Notes: generated by a model not told the origin, from the letters alone. A DNA stretch of 64,000 nt from an uncultured Candidatus Saccharibacteria bacterium (GCA_964643995.1 CAZXUJ010000002.1:14209-78208), one strand, 5' to 3'; positions 17,270 to 26,869 are shown, counted from the stretch's first letter. Program-made: numbers and translations.

Positions 17270-18174
17270 CACAGTTAGCAACAGAAACCCAAGAATTGGA
17301 ATATACAACACAGTATGAGTATGACTCTGAAAGAAATGTTGTTTATGTGAATGCGCTAGAAATTAAAGGTGCTGAAGAAATCCCACAACATAGGATTGAT
17401 ATGTTTTTCGACGAAGACAGTCAAGAGGTGTTGAAGACCTTACTAAATACAGAAGGCGTTACTGAACTTAGAATCAAAGGCTCACATGTAGTTAACATGC
17501 TTACCGGAGGAACTTTTTTTTCAACTAGTGGTGATACTCTCAGCCCTTTAGGTTTCTCTGATATTGATATAGATGTTATAGGCAATCCAAATGAATTGGA
17601 ATTTCCTTCAACAGTAAAGATCAAATCTAAAACTGTAACAAAAAGAGTTACAACCGCCAGTGGGGTACCTTTGGATATCGTAAAACCGGAGGCTTTCGAG
17701 GAATATGAGATTGCAGCAGCAACAGAACTTATACAATGGCTAGATGCGAGAAAAGATCAAGTTGAATTAGCTATCCTAAGAAATAGAACGAAAAGTATTA
17801 TTGCTGATAATGAAAATCGCATGAGAAACGGCCTCCCAGTTGAAAGATCCTTCTATATGCATGAGACATTAACTGTATCGGCTAAACTAGAAAACGGGCA
17901 AATAGCATACACACTTAACGACCCATACAATGTTATGGAAACTGCGTTCCCCATAGAGGATAACCCCGCACCACACTCGAGAGCTGCAATAAAGGGACCT
18001 AAACGCACAGTTGGTATACCAATAAACAGAGTCGAAGGTATAAAAGCTGTACTTATGGATACCCTACCGTATATGGATAAAGCTGAAATCGAATCACCGG
18101 CAATCTTCATGCACTTGAGGCAGTGGCAAGATCCACAAAATTCTCGATGGAAAACAGTATTATTTTCGATATAA
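17266..18174 (+). CDS. hypothetical protein (302 aa), second gene of the operon
   Basis: Its ATG overlaps the stop of the upstream gene (ATGA). No motif recognised. Confidence 0.5.
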   Translation: MTQLATETQELEYTTQYEYDSERNVVYVNALEIKGAEEIPQHRIDMFFDEDSQEVLKTLLNTEGVTELRIKGSHVVNMLTGGTFFSTSGDTLSPLGFSDIDIDVIGNPNELEFPSTVKIKSKTVTKRVTTASGVPLDIVKPEAFEEYEIAAATELIQWLDARKDQVELAILRNRTKSIIADNENRMRNGLPVERSFYMHETLTVSAKLENGQIAYTLNDPYNVMETAFPIEDNPAPHSRAAIKGPKRTVGIPINRVEGIKAVLMDTLPYMDKAEIESPAIFMHLRQWQDPQNSRWKTVLFSI

Positions 18175-18995
18175 AACCTCGTGATATTAATGATATAGAA
18201 ACGAGGCATGCTAGTACTTTAGTAAAAGTATTACATGGAGATTCTATAAACATGAAGGGTAATTTTTTAGAAGACAGAGGATTCGAAAACTTCGCTGATG
18301 TAATTAGAGTACGGTTGCAAGAAATGGCATCTAGAGGAATGGCGGTTAACCTATTAGGCTTTTACCAGACTTTCATTCAAGAACTTGAACTTTCACAAGC
18401 ACTAGCACCGGAGCTTGGGGATATATACACCGGTGTAGAAAAGGATATGCTTCCAACATTTGCTGATTTCGTAAATAATGCACTTGACGAGCAAGGCAAA
18501 GTGCCCCACGACCTAGATAATTACATGGTCGGTGTACATCACTCAATTGTAGAAAGGTACAAAAACTATAGGACATCACTTGGTCGAAAGCTATCTAGAC
18601 AACCTCACGAGGCAACACTAGAAACCGGTTTATATAAAATGGCGTATGCATATATGGTGGCACAAGAAAGCGGTGTTTTTACACAGGAGGTTATGATGCA
18701 CTCTTCAGGGCAGGAGTTGCATGCATGTAAACTTGTTCAAGGTGAACCTACTACCAATGTGGTAGACGGGTTGGCCCTGCTGCTATATTCCCATAACAGA
18801 TATGACGAAAAAACTGTTGAAAGTGTAGTAACCAACTGGAGACTGTCAGGTGACTCATATAACCACTGGAGTGAACACGGAACAGCTATAAATAACACCT
18901 TGGATCTAGCGCAACTAAAAACCAAAATAGACTACTACAAAGACAAATACCCCATGCCGTTTGCCGATACGCATCCACTAAATAAAAACTCATAA
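18147..18995 (+). CDS. hypothetical protein (~283 aa), third gene of the operon
   Basis: The ORF 18123-18995 overlaps the previous gene by 28-50 nt in a different frame. The start is chosen at MENSIIFD. No motif recognised. Confidence 0.5.
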   Translation: MENSIIFDIKPRDINDIETRHASTLVKVLHGDSINMKGNFLEDRGFENFADVIRVRLQEMASRGMAVNLLGFYQTFIQELELSQALAPELGDIYTGVEKDMLPTFADFVNNALDEQGKVPHDLDNYMVGVHHSIVERYKNYRTSLGRKLSRQPHEATLETGLYKMAYAYMVAQESGVFTQEVMMHSSGQELHACKLVQGEPTTNVVDGLALLLYSHNRYDEKTVESVVTNWRLSGDSYNHWSEHGTAINNTLDLAQLKTKIDYYKDKYPMPFADTHPLNKNS

Positions 18996-19095
18996 ATACT
19001 CACTTTCAGTAACACTTCCTTATGATCTATAGTGTAACATGGTTACAGAATTAAGAATTCACTTAATTCATAACACAATTCACAAGGAGTGAAAA

Positions 19096-19998
19096 ATGAA
19101 ACGCAAGATTTTGGTTTTAATGGCCGTTTTCATGGTGCTTTTGGTGGCGTGTAAGGATGAGCCCGTTGGTGCAACGGTGGCGGTACAACCTACTGTAAAA
19201 GCAACCACAGCTCCAACTCCGACAAGCACCCCAACTGTAGTCCCGACCTCTGAGCCGACAAGCACCCCAACTGTAGTCCCGACCTCTGAGCCGACAGCGA
19301 CTCCGACCACCGAACCCACAAGCGTCCCAACGGCTACAACTAACCCTTGTGGCGAAATACCTGGGGGGGAGTGCTTTGATGGCGTAACCTTGAGGCTTTG
19401 GCCCGTGGAACCCACGTTGGGGAGGTGGGTTGACAATGAAACATATGAAATTGAAATCAATCAACATCTGTTTGGATCAGCACTGAAAGACAGTGCTATC
19501 GTAGACCGAGTGTCTCACAATATCGTCAGGATTCATACCGAAAACAATCAAGGTAATTTCAATTTGCCACAGGTTGAGTTTGGTGCAGAATATGAAACTT
19601 GGCTCATTGACATAAATTTTGAGAGAATTGGACTTTACGAAAATACTGCGTCACACCGTTTTTATGCGGTTCTAAAATACGGCGATCTGGTACACATAGT
19701 GTATCAAGAAAACTTTAATGAAGAACCAGAAGTTTATGTAGTAACGGTGTTGGATGGCTACGTGGTATGGCTTAAGAGTGAAGGTGAGTTGGTTTATAAC
19801 CTTAAAACTCTGGGTATAGGGTTCATACAAGCCCACGAAGGGGGCAGTATTAATGCTATAGAAGGGTTTTATGGGAACCTAGGATATAGCAATATACTAT
19901 ACCCAGATCAAGTAACCGTATATCTAGATGGTGAAAGATACCATCCTCACTTTGTGGAAGTGGTTGCCATTGGAGGTGGAATCTACCCCAATGAGTAA
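19096..19998 (+). CDS. secreted lipoprotein with a Thr/Pro-rich linker
   Basis: Signal peptide plus lipobox MKRKILVLMAVFMVLLVAC. The linker TTAPTPTSTPTVVPTSEPTSTPTVVPTSEPTATPTTEPT includes a perfect 36-bp tandem duplication. A good RBS GGAG is present. The C-terminal ~200 aa domain has unknown function. Confidence 0.65.
   Translation: MKRKILVLMAVFMVLLVACKDEPVGATVAVQPTVKATTAPTPTSTPTVVPTSEPTSTPTVVPTSEPTATPTTEPTSVPTATTNPCGEIPGGECFDGVTLRLWPVEPTLGRWVDNETYEIEINQHLFGSALKDSAIVDRVSHNIVRIHTENNQGNFNLPQVEFGAEYETWLIDINFERIGLYENTASHRFYAVLKYGDLVHIVYQENFNEEPEVYVVTVLDGYVVWLKSEGELVYNLKTLGIGFIQAHEGGSINAIEGFYGNLGYSNILYPDQVTVYLDGERYHPHFVEVVAIGGGIYPNE
19225..19296 (+). repeat. perfect 36-bp x2 tandem repeat encoding STPTVVPTSEPT twice
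   Basis: agcaccccaactgtagtcccgacctctgagccgaca occurs at 19225-19260 and again at 19261-19296. Local GC is elevated. Confidence 0.8.
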
Positions 19999-20010
19999 AT
20001 AGTCCTAGAA

Positions 20011-20046
20011 GGACATTATTTCAAAAGAGATAATGTCCTTTTTTTT
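20011..20046 (+). terminator. rho-independent terminator after the lipoprotein gene
   Basis: ggacattat, then a 10-nt loop, then ataatgtcc, followed by T8. Confidence 0.6.
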
Positions 20047-20057
20047 GTCTAGAAAAG

Positions 20058-20708
20058 TTATTCTACCCATTCCTCAGGAGGCATAGAGGTTTCTATTAGC
20101 ATAAACCCAGCGCCAGCAGAATCAGCAACCATAGCAATTTTACCCGCAGAAATATCCATAGGACCCATATGTACAGAGCCACCTAAATCCTTAACCTTAC
20201 TCAATGAATCATCCACATTTGCAACAGTAAAATATACAGTCCAATTAGGTGGAAAACCTCCCATGTCTGGTGTTAGTTTCATAGCACCACCATTGCTGCG
20301 TCCGTTGTTTTTGATCACAGTGTAATTATCCATCTCAGGTACCTCAACGAATTCCCAACCTAAAAGTTGAGTGTAAAATTTCTTAGCTACCTCTAAATCA
20401 GGGGTATACAGCTCATTCCAACACATTGCACCAACAGTGTTTACTATTTGAGCGCCAATATGGTTTTTAGGTTGCCAGAACATTATTTGAGCTCCGGTCG
20501 GATCTGTAATGCCATAAAAACGTCCCTCATCAGCAACATCCATTGGTGGAACTAACTCATTTGCACCAAGAGCTATCGCTTTTTTTGCAATTTCATCAAC
20601 ATTATCAACACTAATAAATGAGCTCCAATAAGAATGGGGCACACCTTCAGGAGAAGAACTACCTCCAGCGACACAATGACCATCAAGATAAAACAAGGTG
20701 TAGTTCAT
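20058..20708 (-). CDS. VOC (glyoxalase/bleomycin-resistance/dioxygenase) family protein, two-module
   Basis: 216 aa. Two repeated beta-alpha-beta-beta-beta modules give the pattern ...FISVDNVDEIAKKAIALGANELVPPMDV... and ...FTVANVDDSLSKVKDLGGSVHMGPMDI... Confidence 0.55.
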   Translation of the reverse strand: MNYTLFYLDGHCVAGGSSSPEGVPHSYWSSFISVDNVDEIAKKAIALGANELVPPMDVADEGRFYGITDPTGAQIMFWQPKNHIGAQIVNTVGAMCWNELYTPDLEVAKKFYTQLLGWEFVEVPEMDNYTVIKNNGRSNGGAMKLTPDMGGFPPNWTVYFTVANVDDSLSKVKDLGGSVHMGPMDISAGKIAMVADSAGAGFMLIETSMPPEEWVE

Positions 20709-20739
20709 CTCTGGGATGTCTTTGTACTATATAGTTCAT

Positions 20740-22209
20740 TTACTGATTATAGTAGACATAGAAGTGTAAGTCATCATAAAGAGTATATTTTTCAGTTGGA
20801 TAAATCTCTTCATCACAAACATTTTCGGTAGGACTCTGGGTTACGATCAAGTCGTATGGACTATCGCATTGCATGTCGTCTTTACTCAACACTTCACCTG
20901 GATAAAATAGATATAAAGTGGTGTAGTCAGTGGCGTAAACCTTTCGATCCGCACCAAAAACTTCAACTAAATGCTGACCAAGCTTTTTACGGCCAGAACC
21001 CCAATCTTCGCGGGAATTATCAAAACCTGCTTCGAAAGCAATTGGATTCTGATACATAAGAAAGTCAGGGAATAAACTAATGAGTTGAGTGATTCGTATA
21101 CCAAACATAAGCAATAGCATCAAAACTAATACACCTTTTTTGGATTCCAGCAGCGTGTAATAACCAAAGGCAGCAACAAGCAATAAGTAGGGAAATACAG
21201 CAACTGTGTATCTACCAATCTTTTTTTCCGCAAACAATAATACAGACATAAGTACAACCGGAAACATTACCAACAAGAAATTTTCTCTTCGCAAATATTT
21301 TTTCCAATCATGCAATTGCACAACAAGTAAAACAATGCCTAGCCAAACAAACTCACTAACTTTATGTAACAAAAAGTTAAAGTAATATGGCCATGATTGA
21401 ATATGCTGGGTTTTTTCATAACTAAACGTCTCGGTATCAAGTCCTTGAACACCAAATATAAATGAGCCGATGGTTATTCGATACAAAGTAAAAAAGAAAT
21501 CTCCCCAAAAAGCTGGGAACAGCACAAACATAGTTATAAAAGTTGAAAAGGTATAAACTAAGATTGACCTAAAATTCTTATGAAATAAAAAGTCTATTGC
21601 TACAACTGCAAAAAGTACAAAATATAGTGATTTTTCAATAATTGCTAAACCAGTCAAAATTCCAACAATGATTGTATATATGCTCTTGTACGTAGGAAGT
21701 CTCCGAAAATAAACTAAAAGCAGTAGAACCATAAAACCTAGATACATTGGTAAAGCATCTGTTTGAATAACTCGTGATTGACCAATAAGATATGGTTCAA
21801 AAGCTAGAATTACTCCAAAAATTAAAGCAAGTTTTGTACTAAACAATGTTTTCAGCAGATAGATAGTACTTACACCAAGAATCAGTATAAAGAAAGATTT
21901 TGGAATTTTTTGCGCCGTATGCAGCAAAAGTTCAAAATCTTTTCCCTCAGCTGCCACCAAGTCCAACTTATCTTTTGCGAAATAAAGACTCTTGAAGCCT
22001 ATGATATTGGAATAAATAGTTAGCGCACCGGGTTGAATAGACACATACAATCGATCATATTTGCCAGACTCAAACTCTTTCATAAACACATATGACCAGT
22101 TTTTGAAATGAAAATCGTCTTTCGCCACCATATCGTTCCCTAAGCTATAAAACAAAGGGACTGCAAAAATAATAACGATACAAAGTAAAAAGCTTAACTT
22201 TTTAAACAT
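20740..22209 (-). CDS. GT-C fold membrane glycosyltransferase (ArnT/PMT-like, GT39/GT83-type)
   Basis: 489 aa, ~11 TM helices. The first extracytoplasmic loop carries an acidic DD/DE motif (AKDDFHF). It is a paralog of the genes at 27994, 57707, 59230 and 60706. Confidence 0.55.
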   Translation of the reverse strand: MFKKLSFLLCIVIIFAVPLFYSLGNDMVAKDDFHFKNWSYVFMKEFESGKYDRLYVSIQPGALTIYSNIIGFKSLYFAKDKLDLVAAEGKDFELLLHTAQKIPKSFFILILGVSTIYLLKTLFSTKLALIFGVILAFEPYLIGQSRVIQTDALPMYLGFMVLLLLVYFRRLPTYKSIYTIIVGILTGLAIIEKSLYFVLFAVVAIDFLFHKNFRSILVYTFSTFITMFVLFPAFWGDFFFTLYRITIGSFIFGVQGLDTETFSYEKTQHIQSWPYYFNFLLHKVSEFVWLGIVLLVVQLHDWKKYLRRENFLLVMFPVVLMSVLLFAEKKIGRYTVAVFPYLLLVAAFGYYTLLESKKGVLVLMLLLMFGIRITQLISLFPDFLMYQNPIAFEAGFDNSREDWGSGRKKLGQHLVEVFGADRKVYATDYTTLYLFYPGEVLSKDDMQCDSPYDLIVTQSPTENVCDEEIYPTEKYTLYDDLHFYVYYNQ

Positions 22210-22264
22210 GCCCTTATATTAACACCTCAGCTGTAAATTCAGGTTTGATATACTTTCTCCTAAC

Positions 22265-22531
22265 ATGTGCTTTTATGTTTATATAGCTGAATGTTCGGAC
22301 AAAACACTTTACACCGGCTACGCCAAAAACGCCACACAAAGAATCATTGAACACAACACGTCGGATAAAGGTGCCAAATATACACGTACAAGAAGACCTG
22401 TGAAATTGGTTTATAGAGAGGAATTTAATACGCTAAGCGAAGCTCTTGCGCGAGAGAATCAAATAAAAAAGCTGTCAAGAAAACAAAAGATTAAACTCGT
22501 TGAGAGAGGTGTTGCGCAAAAGAATTGTTAG
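22265..22531 (+). CDS. GIY-YIG nuclease family protein (YhbQ/UPF0213-like)
   Basis: FYVYIAECSDKTLYTGYAKNATQRIIEHN...GAKYTRTRRPVKLVYREEF..LSEALARENQIKKLSRKQK is nearly collinear with E. coli YhbQ. Confidence 0.8.
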   Translation: MCFYVYIAECSDKTLYTGYAKNATQRIIEHNTSDKGAKYTRTRRPVKLVYREEFNTLSEALARENQIKKLSRKQKIKLVERGVAQKNC

Positions 22532-23525
22532 GGTCAAATTGCATGGCTTTAGTGAGATAGTGCTTTGCAAGATTTTTATCACCGTTTTGATAAGCATGTT
22601 GTCCCAGAAGTGCAAATTCAGCAGCAAGCAAACCATCCTCTGGGGACAAAAAGGAAATTGAAGAAGAATTGAATGGTTCTTTAAGAAAAACAAGAGGATT
22701 ATGATCAGAGTCCTTAAAGAAGGCCCCATATGTTGGATAATCAGGTATGTTAGATGTCGAAAAAACTTTATCTGCAGGTACGGAGGAATAAGAGCTAACC
22801 ACGCTTAGTTTTGGAGAGTAGGGATCCATAACACCGAAATATCCAGAATAAGGGAAGTTGTTTATTAATGCTCCACCGTGGTAACCAGCAAGAAACATTT
22901 TTACATCCTTCTTTGGAATCCCCATACGCAATGCTGTAGACATGGTGACAGCTGTGAAATATACACAGTTCTGGTCTACACCTTCCGTGGGCGGAACTCT
23001 TAGAAAGGATCCTTGCGGATCGGAAGTATTTTTTGAAAAATCCAAGTTTAGCTGACCAACTGCAGCATTCAACGAATCATTTCTTAACCGGGTTATTTCA
23101 TCGTGATGCGTCGGGAACAGCTCAAAGTGTTCCTCTAGGGAAATATTTGCTACATCTTCAAGCTTTTGAAAAAATACCATCTTTTTGGAAATTTCTTCAT
23201 CAAGGTGGTCCGCAATACCATCTACGGTAACAGAGTATTTTTCACCTGTAATATCATATGAAGGAATACGCTCATAAAAGGTTAGCAAAGCAACGTTTGC
23301 AATAACACGCTGGATGTTTTTCTCTGGAGCACAATCTGGATCAACGATACCAATGTCAACCAATTCTGTTAAATCAGCTAGTAAGATTTCGGGATCTTGA
23401 TTAAAGTCAAAATCCAAGGCCAATTGTTCTACACCTAAAATATTCGTCAGTTCAACACAATCTTGTGCAAATGTGCGCTCCCTAGCTTCTATTGGAGGCA
23501 AGGATTCAAAATTACTTTCTGCCAT
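22491..23525 (-). CDS. hypothetical protein with a TPR-like C-terminus
   Basis: The start is placed at MAESNF. The upstream Met at 23612 would overlap the divergent antiporter gene. The C-terminal LLAAEFALLGQHAYQNGDKNLAKHYLTKAMQFDPNN is TPR-like. Confidence 0.4.
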   Translation of the reverse strand: MAESNFESLPPIEARERTFAQDCVELTNILGVEQLALDFDFNQDPEILLADLTELVDIGIVDPDCAPEKNIQRVIANVALLTFYERIPSYDITGEKYSVTVDGIADHLDEEISKKMVFFQKLEDVANISLEEHFELFPTHHDEITRLRNDSLNAAVGQLNLDFSKNTSDPQGSFLRVPPTEGVDQNCVYFTAVTMSTALRMGIPKKDVKMFLAGYHGGALINNFPYSGYFGVMDPYSPKLSVVSSYSSVPADKVFSTSNIPDYPTYGAFFKDSDHNPLVFLKEPFNSSSISFLSPEDGLLAAEFALLGQHAYQNGDKNLAKHYLTKAMQFDPNNSFAQHLSQRV

Positions 23526-23574
23526 ATAGATATTATACTTCAAACAAAGCCTCTTTATAAAGTACAATAAGTAT

Positions 23575-24507
23575 ATGCTTGAAATCGGGTTGGCAATATC
23601 GCTTGCATTCATAGTTTTATGGTTTAGTTCTGGATTAACCGTAATAGGAATAGAAAAATTATCAAAAAGGCTTCATGTAACCCCTTTTCTTGTCTCTTTT
23701 TTTGCACTCGGATTTTTAACATCGATAAGTGAGATATCAGTTGGGCTAGCCTCAATCATCGACCGTACACCTAGCATTTCTGTTGGTAATCTAATTGGAG
23801 CATCTGCATTCCTGACATTATGTGTGGTTCCTATACAAGTAATAATTTGCAATGGAATTTCGGTAAACGGTAAACAGGACAAAATCAATTTACCGATTGC
23901 ATATTTGGTTATATCGCTACCAGTTTTACTAGTTTTAGATAAGTCTTTAGGTTTTATAGATGCTGGGATAATGTTTTTTTCGTATCTTTTTTTACTATTC
24001 ACTATATCCGGCAAAAAAAACTTGCTTGATAACATTGAAGAAGGACTTAGCCACTCCCAAGTTAATGTTTATAAAGAAACATTGAAAGTTGTGGCTGGTG
24101 CGGCACTTATTGGTATTGCTAGCAAGATAATTGTAGATAAATTGGTTTTTGTTTCTAGTGAATTAAATATTGATCCTTTCATAATTGGTGTTCTGTTTTT
24201 GGCAATAGGTACAAACATACCAGAGCTAACCATTCTGATAAGATCCCTTATTGGGCATAAAAAAGATATTGCACTGGGTGATTACATTGGTTCTGCATCA
24301 CTTAACACGCTTTTACTAAGCTTACTAATATTTATAAATGGAAGCCCTGTCACGTTAGGACATGGCTTAAAATCTAATGTATTGTTGCTTCCACTGGGTG
24401 CTGTTTTGTTTTTGGTATTTGCACTAAACAAAAGGTTCGAAAGACGGGAAGCATTTTTATTGATTGTCTTGTATTTATTTTTTGTATTTTTTGAACTCGT
24501 ATTGTAG
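23575..24507 (+). CDS. Ca2+/cation antiporter (CaCA family, YrbG-like)
   Basis: 310 aa, ~10 TM helices. Two alpha-repeat motifs are present: SVGNLIGASAF and GDYIGSASLNTLL. Confidence 0.7.
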   Translation: MLEIGLAISLAFIVLWFSSGLTVIGIEKLSKRLHVTPFLVSFFALGFLTSISEISVGLASIIDRTPSISVGNLIGASAFLTLCVVPIQVIICNGISVNGKQDKINLPIAYLVISLPVLLVLDKSLGFIDAGIMFFSYLFLLFTISGKKNLLDNIEEGLSHSQVNVYKETLKVVAGAALIGIASKIIVDKLVFVSSELNIDPFIIGVLFLAIGTNIPELTILIRSLIGHKKDIALGDYIGSASLNTLLLSLLIFINGSPVTLGHGLKSNVLLLPLGAVLFLVFALNKRFERREAFLLIVLYLFFVFFELVL

Positions 24508-24514
24508 GGAAGTG

Positions 24515-25225
24515 CTAAACCTCAACTAAACTCTTATTCTTCAGGACTTCTTCGTTCAGGCATTCGTCAAGCTTCTTTGGGTCTCGACGGCATTTATATT
24601 CAATTATGCTTGACGATCTATGCGCTGCGCTATATTCAGATCCTTGAGACATAAGATAGCGTTCATGTAGTTCATGTAACAAAACGTAATCCATTTCGAT
24701 AGGGTTGAGATCATTATCCAGCCAGACCTCCTGTAAAGGTACAAAGTCATACACAAAGTGATGGCCACCCTCTGTAAAATCAATAAAAAATAAGTTCCTA
24801 ACCACCTCACCGTTCACAATGCAAACCTCTACTTCACCGAATTTACCAAGATTCCCAACGTATACCTCACGAGGAACTAATCCAAAAAGGTTTGTTACTT
24901 TTTCCTTAACTGTGGTAAGTAACTCATGTTTAAGGCGTTCTCTTTTTTCGGCAGCGTCTGCTTTACCTAAAGCATCGTCATAGGAGACACCGTCATTCAT
25001 CAGGGACCATTCAATGATTAAGTGATCAATAAAATAGTTGCCCTCTCCTGGGGCATACTCTTTATCAAGCCAAAATTCATATTTAGGAATGAAAGGAAAT
25101 CTGTAGTGTTGCCCGAAGTTTGTAAATTCGCGGTTCACATTGTTACGAATGTACTGGCCATCTACTTCATAGGCAGTAAAATCATCAATCTTTTCGAGTA
25201 ATCTCAGATAAGGTTTAGCGAGCAT
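24515..25225 (-). CDS. hypothetical protein with an HEXXH zinc-metallopeptidase-like motif and an internal duplication
   Basis: LLHELHERYLM (HEXXH) sits in the C-terminal half. The N-terminal half carries the degenerate counterpart FIDHLIIEWSLM. The repeated context is EFWLDKEYAPGEGNYFIDHLI / EVWLDNDLNPIEMDYVLLHELH. Confidence 0.4.
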   Translation of the reverse strand: MLAKPYLRLLEKIDDFTAYEVDGQYIRNNVNREFTNFGQHYRFPFIPKYEFWLDKEYAPGEGNYFIDHLIIEWSLMNDGVSYDDALGKADAAEKRERLKHELLTTVKEKVTNLFGLVPREVYVGNLGKFGEVEVCIVNGEVVRNLFFIDFTEGGHHFVYDFVPLQEVWLDNDLNPIEMDYVLLHELHERYLMSQGSEYSAAHRSSSIIEYKCRRDPKKLDECLNEEVLKNKSLVEV

Positions 25226-25251
25226 TAAAATAATTGTACATAATCAGAGGC

Positions 25252-25704
25252 TTAAAGTTCCAGGACTACTGAATCCTCTTTAAATCCATGTTTCAAATAA
25301 AACTTCTTAGCAGATTCGTTCCAAAAAAATACTTCTGCTTTAATTTTAACTCCATACTTTTTACCTTCTTCTATTGCTAATTTTAAAAGATTCTCGCCAA
25401 CTTTCTGTCCACGCGCCTCAGCCGTAATAAACAATTCGTCAATTATAAAATACATACAGTCGCTACAATTCCTCGCAAGAATATAACCAACAGGCTCACC
25501 ATCAGATGATTCAGCTATGAAAAACACATGAGATGGGTTGTTTAGTGAAGCACCAATTTCGTCATCAAAGTCTTGTTCCCAACCATCCCAAAGAAATTTT
25601 TCCTTATCCCCAGAACACTGGGAATTGTATTTAGAAAACTCAACAGCAAGATCAAACAAAACCTGCTTATCTTCTTTTGTTGCTTTCCGATAGTCTATGT
25701 TCAT
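25252..25704 (-). CDS. GNAT family N-acetyltransferase
   Basis: 150 aa. ARGQKVGENLLKLAIEEGKKYG is an acetyl-CoA-binding motif. Confidence 0.7.
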   Translation of the reverse strand: MNIDYRKATKEDKQVLFDLAVEFSKYNSQCSGDKEKFLWDGWEQDFDDEIGASLNNPSHVFFIAESSDGEPVGYILARNCSDCMYFIIDELFITAEARGQKVGENLLKLAIEEGKKYGVKIKAEVFFWNESAKKFYLKHGFKEDSVVLEL

Positions 25705-25717
25705 AAGCTTACTGAAA

Positions 25718-26869
25718 TTATACTACTGCTTTTCTTGAAACAAGATGTGCAACTAAAACTAATAATGCGCCAGCCAAAAAAGGATAGGAGATGGAGATAG
25801 TAGCAACGACACCCGCCAGCAAAGGACCAAGTATCTGGCCGATGCTCATGTAAGAGGCGTTGATACCTTGCACAGAGCCCTGTTCTGTATCATCCGCAGA
25901 CTTGGATAAAATAGTTTGACTTAAAGGGAAGACTGCAGCATTAGCCATAGACAAAAATGCAGAAATCAAAATAAAAGGGATTAAGGTTTTTACCCCAAAC
26001 ATCATAGCAAAAGCAACAGCAACAAAAAGGAATGAATATGTATAAACCTTACGCTCACCAAACTTTTTTGTGATGTAAGAAATCCCAAAGAGCTGCATTA
26101 TCAGACCAATTACTCCAAAAACAACAAATATTGAGGAAATTTCAGTTGTAGAAAGCATCAGTACATCAATAGAGAAGGGTTGAAAGGCGTATATGAACAT
26201 TCCAAAAGCTGTGGAATAGACCAATGTGATTAGCAAGATACTACCGATTTTTTCGCTAAAGAGTTCACGAGCAAGCCTTGGAAAATCAAAAAGTTTTTCG
26301 TTCTTAACTTGACCTAGGGTTTGATTAGTCTCTGGAAGCATTGTTATTGTTAAAATGACAGCTACAACCGTTATTACACCTGCAATTATAAATGGAAGTT
26401 CCATTGCATATCCTACAGTTACGGCAGATATCAACGGTCCGAATATAAAGCCAAAGTTAAATGCACCACTTATTATTCCAAATCCTTTAGCACGTTCAGC
26501 TGGTTTTGTTGAGTCAGATATCACCGCAGAGGCAACTGGAATATTACCAGCTGTTATACCATCCAAAGCACGAGCAATAAAAAGAAATATCGCGCTAGGT
26601 GCAAATGCCATCATAAAAAATGATATTGCAGTACCAGCAACAGAGAGTACTAATAATGGTCTACGCCCATATTTGTCAGATGCTCTGCCAATAATCGGAG
26701 TAGAAATAAACTGACAAACCGAAAAGATTGAGAACAATAGGCCGTTCTCAAAAACAGATAAGCCAAACTTCTGGGAGTACGAAAAAATAACAGGAATAAT
26801 GATGCCATACCCAAGGGTATTCACGGTTACTATCAAAGCTACTACAAGTAAATTTCGGTTTTTGAACAT
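25718..26869 (-). CDS. MFS transporter
   Basis: 383 aa, 12 TM helices. Motif A GRASDKYGRRPLL lies between TM2 and TM3. Confidence 0.75.
   Translation of the reverse strand: MFKNRNLLVVALIVTVNTLGYGIIIPVIFSYSQKFGLSVFENGLLFSIFSVCQFISTPIIGRASDKYGRRPLLVLSVAGTAISFFMMAFAPSAIFLFIARALDGITAGNIPVASAVISDSTKPAERAKGFGIISGAFNFGFIFGPLISAVTVGYAMELPFIIAGVITVVAVILTITMLPETNQTLGQVKNEKLFDFPRLARELFSEKIGSILLITLVYSTAFGMFIYAFQPFSIDVLMLSTTEISSIFVVFGVIGLIMQLFGISYITKKFGERKVYTYSFLFVAVAFAMMFGVKTLIPFILISAFLSMANAAVFPLSQTILSKSADDTEQGSVQGINASYMSIGQILGPLLAGVVATISISYPFLAGALLVLVAHLVSRKAVV

Noticed and set aside
19080-19467. minus-strand ORFs 19080-19460 and 19117-19467 (Gly/Val/Thr-rich; Arg/Cys-rich)
   Set aside because: They are reverse-frame translations of the GC-rich PT-linker repeat of the lipoprotein gene. 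No independent start or RBS support is present.
26355-26714. ORF on the plus strand within the MFS transporter gene
   Set aside because: It is an antisense shadow of a GC-skewed membrane-protein gene. The Ala/Ile/Pro-rich translation is typical of reverse-strand artefacts.
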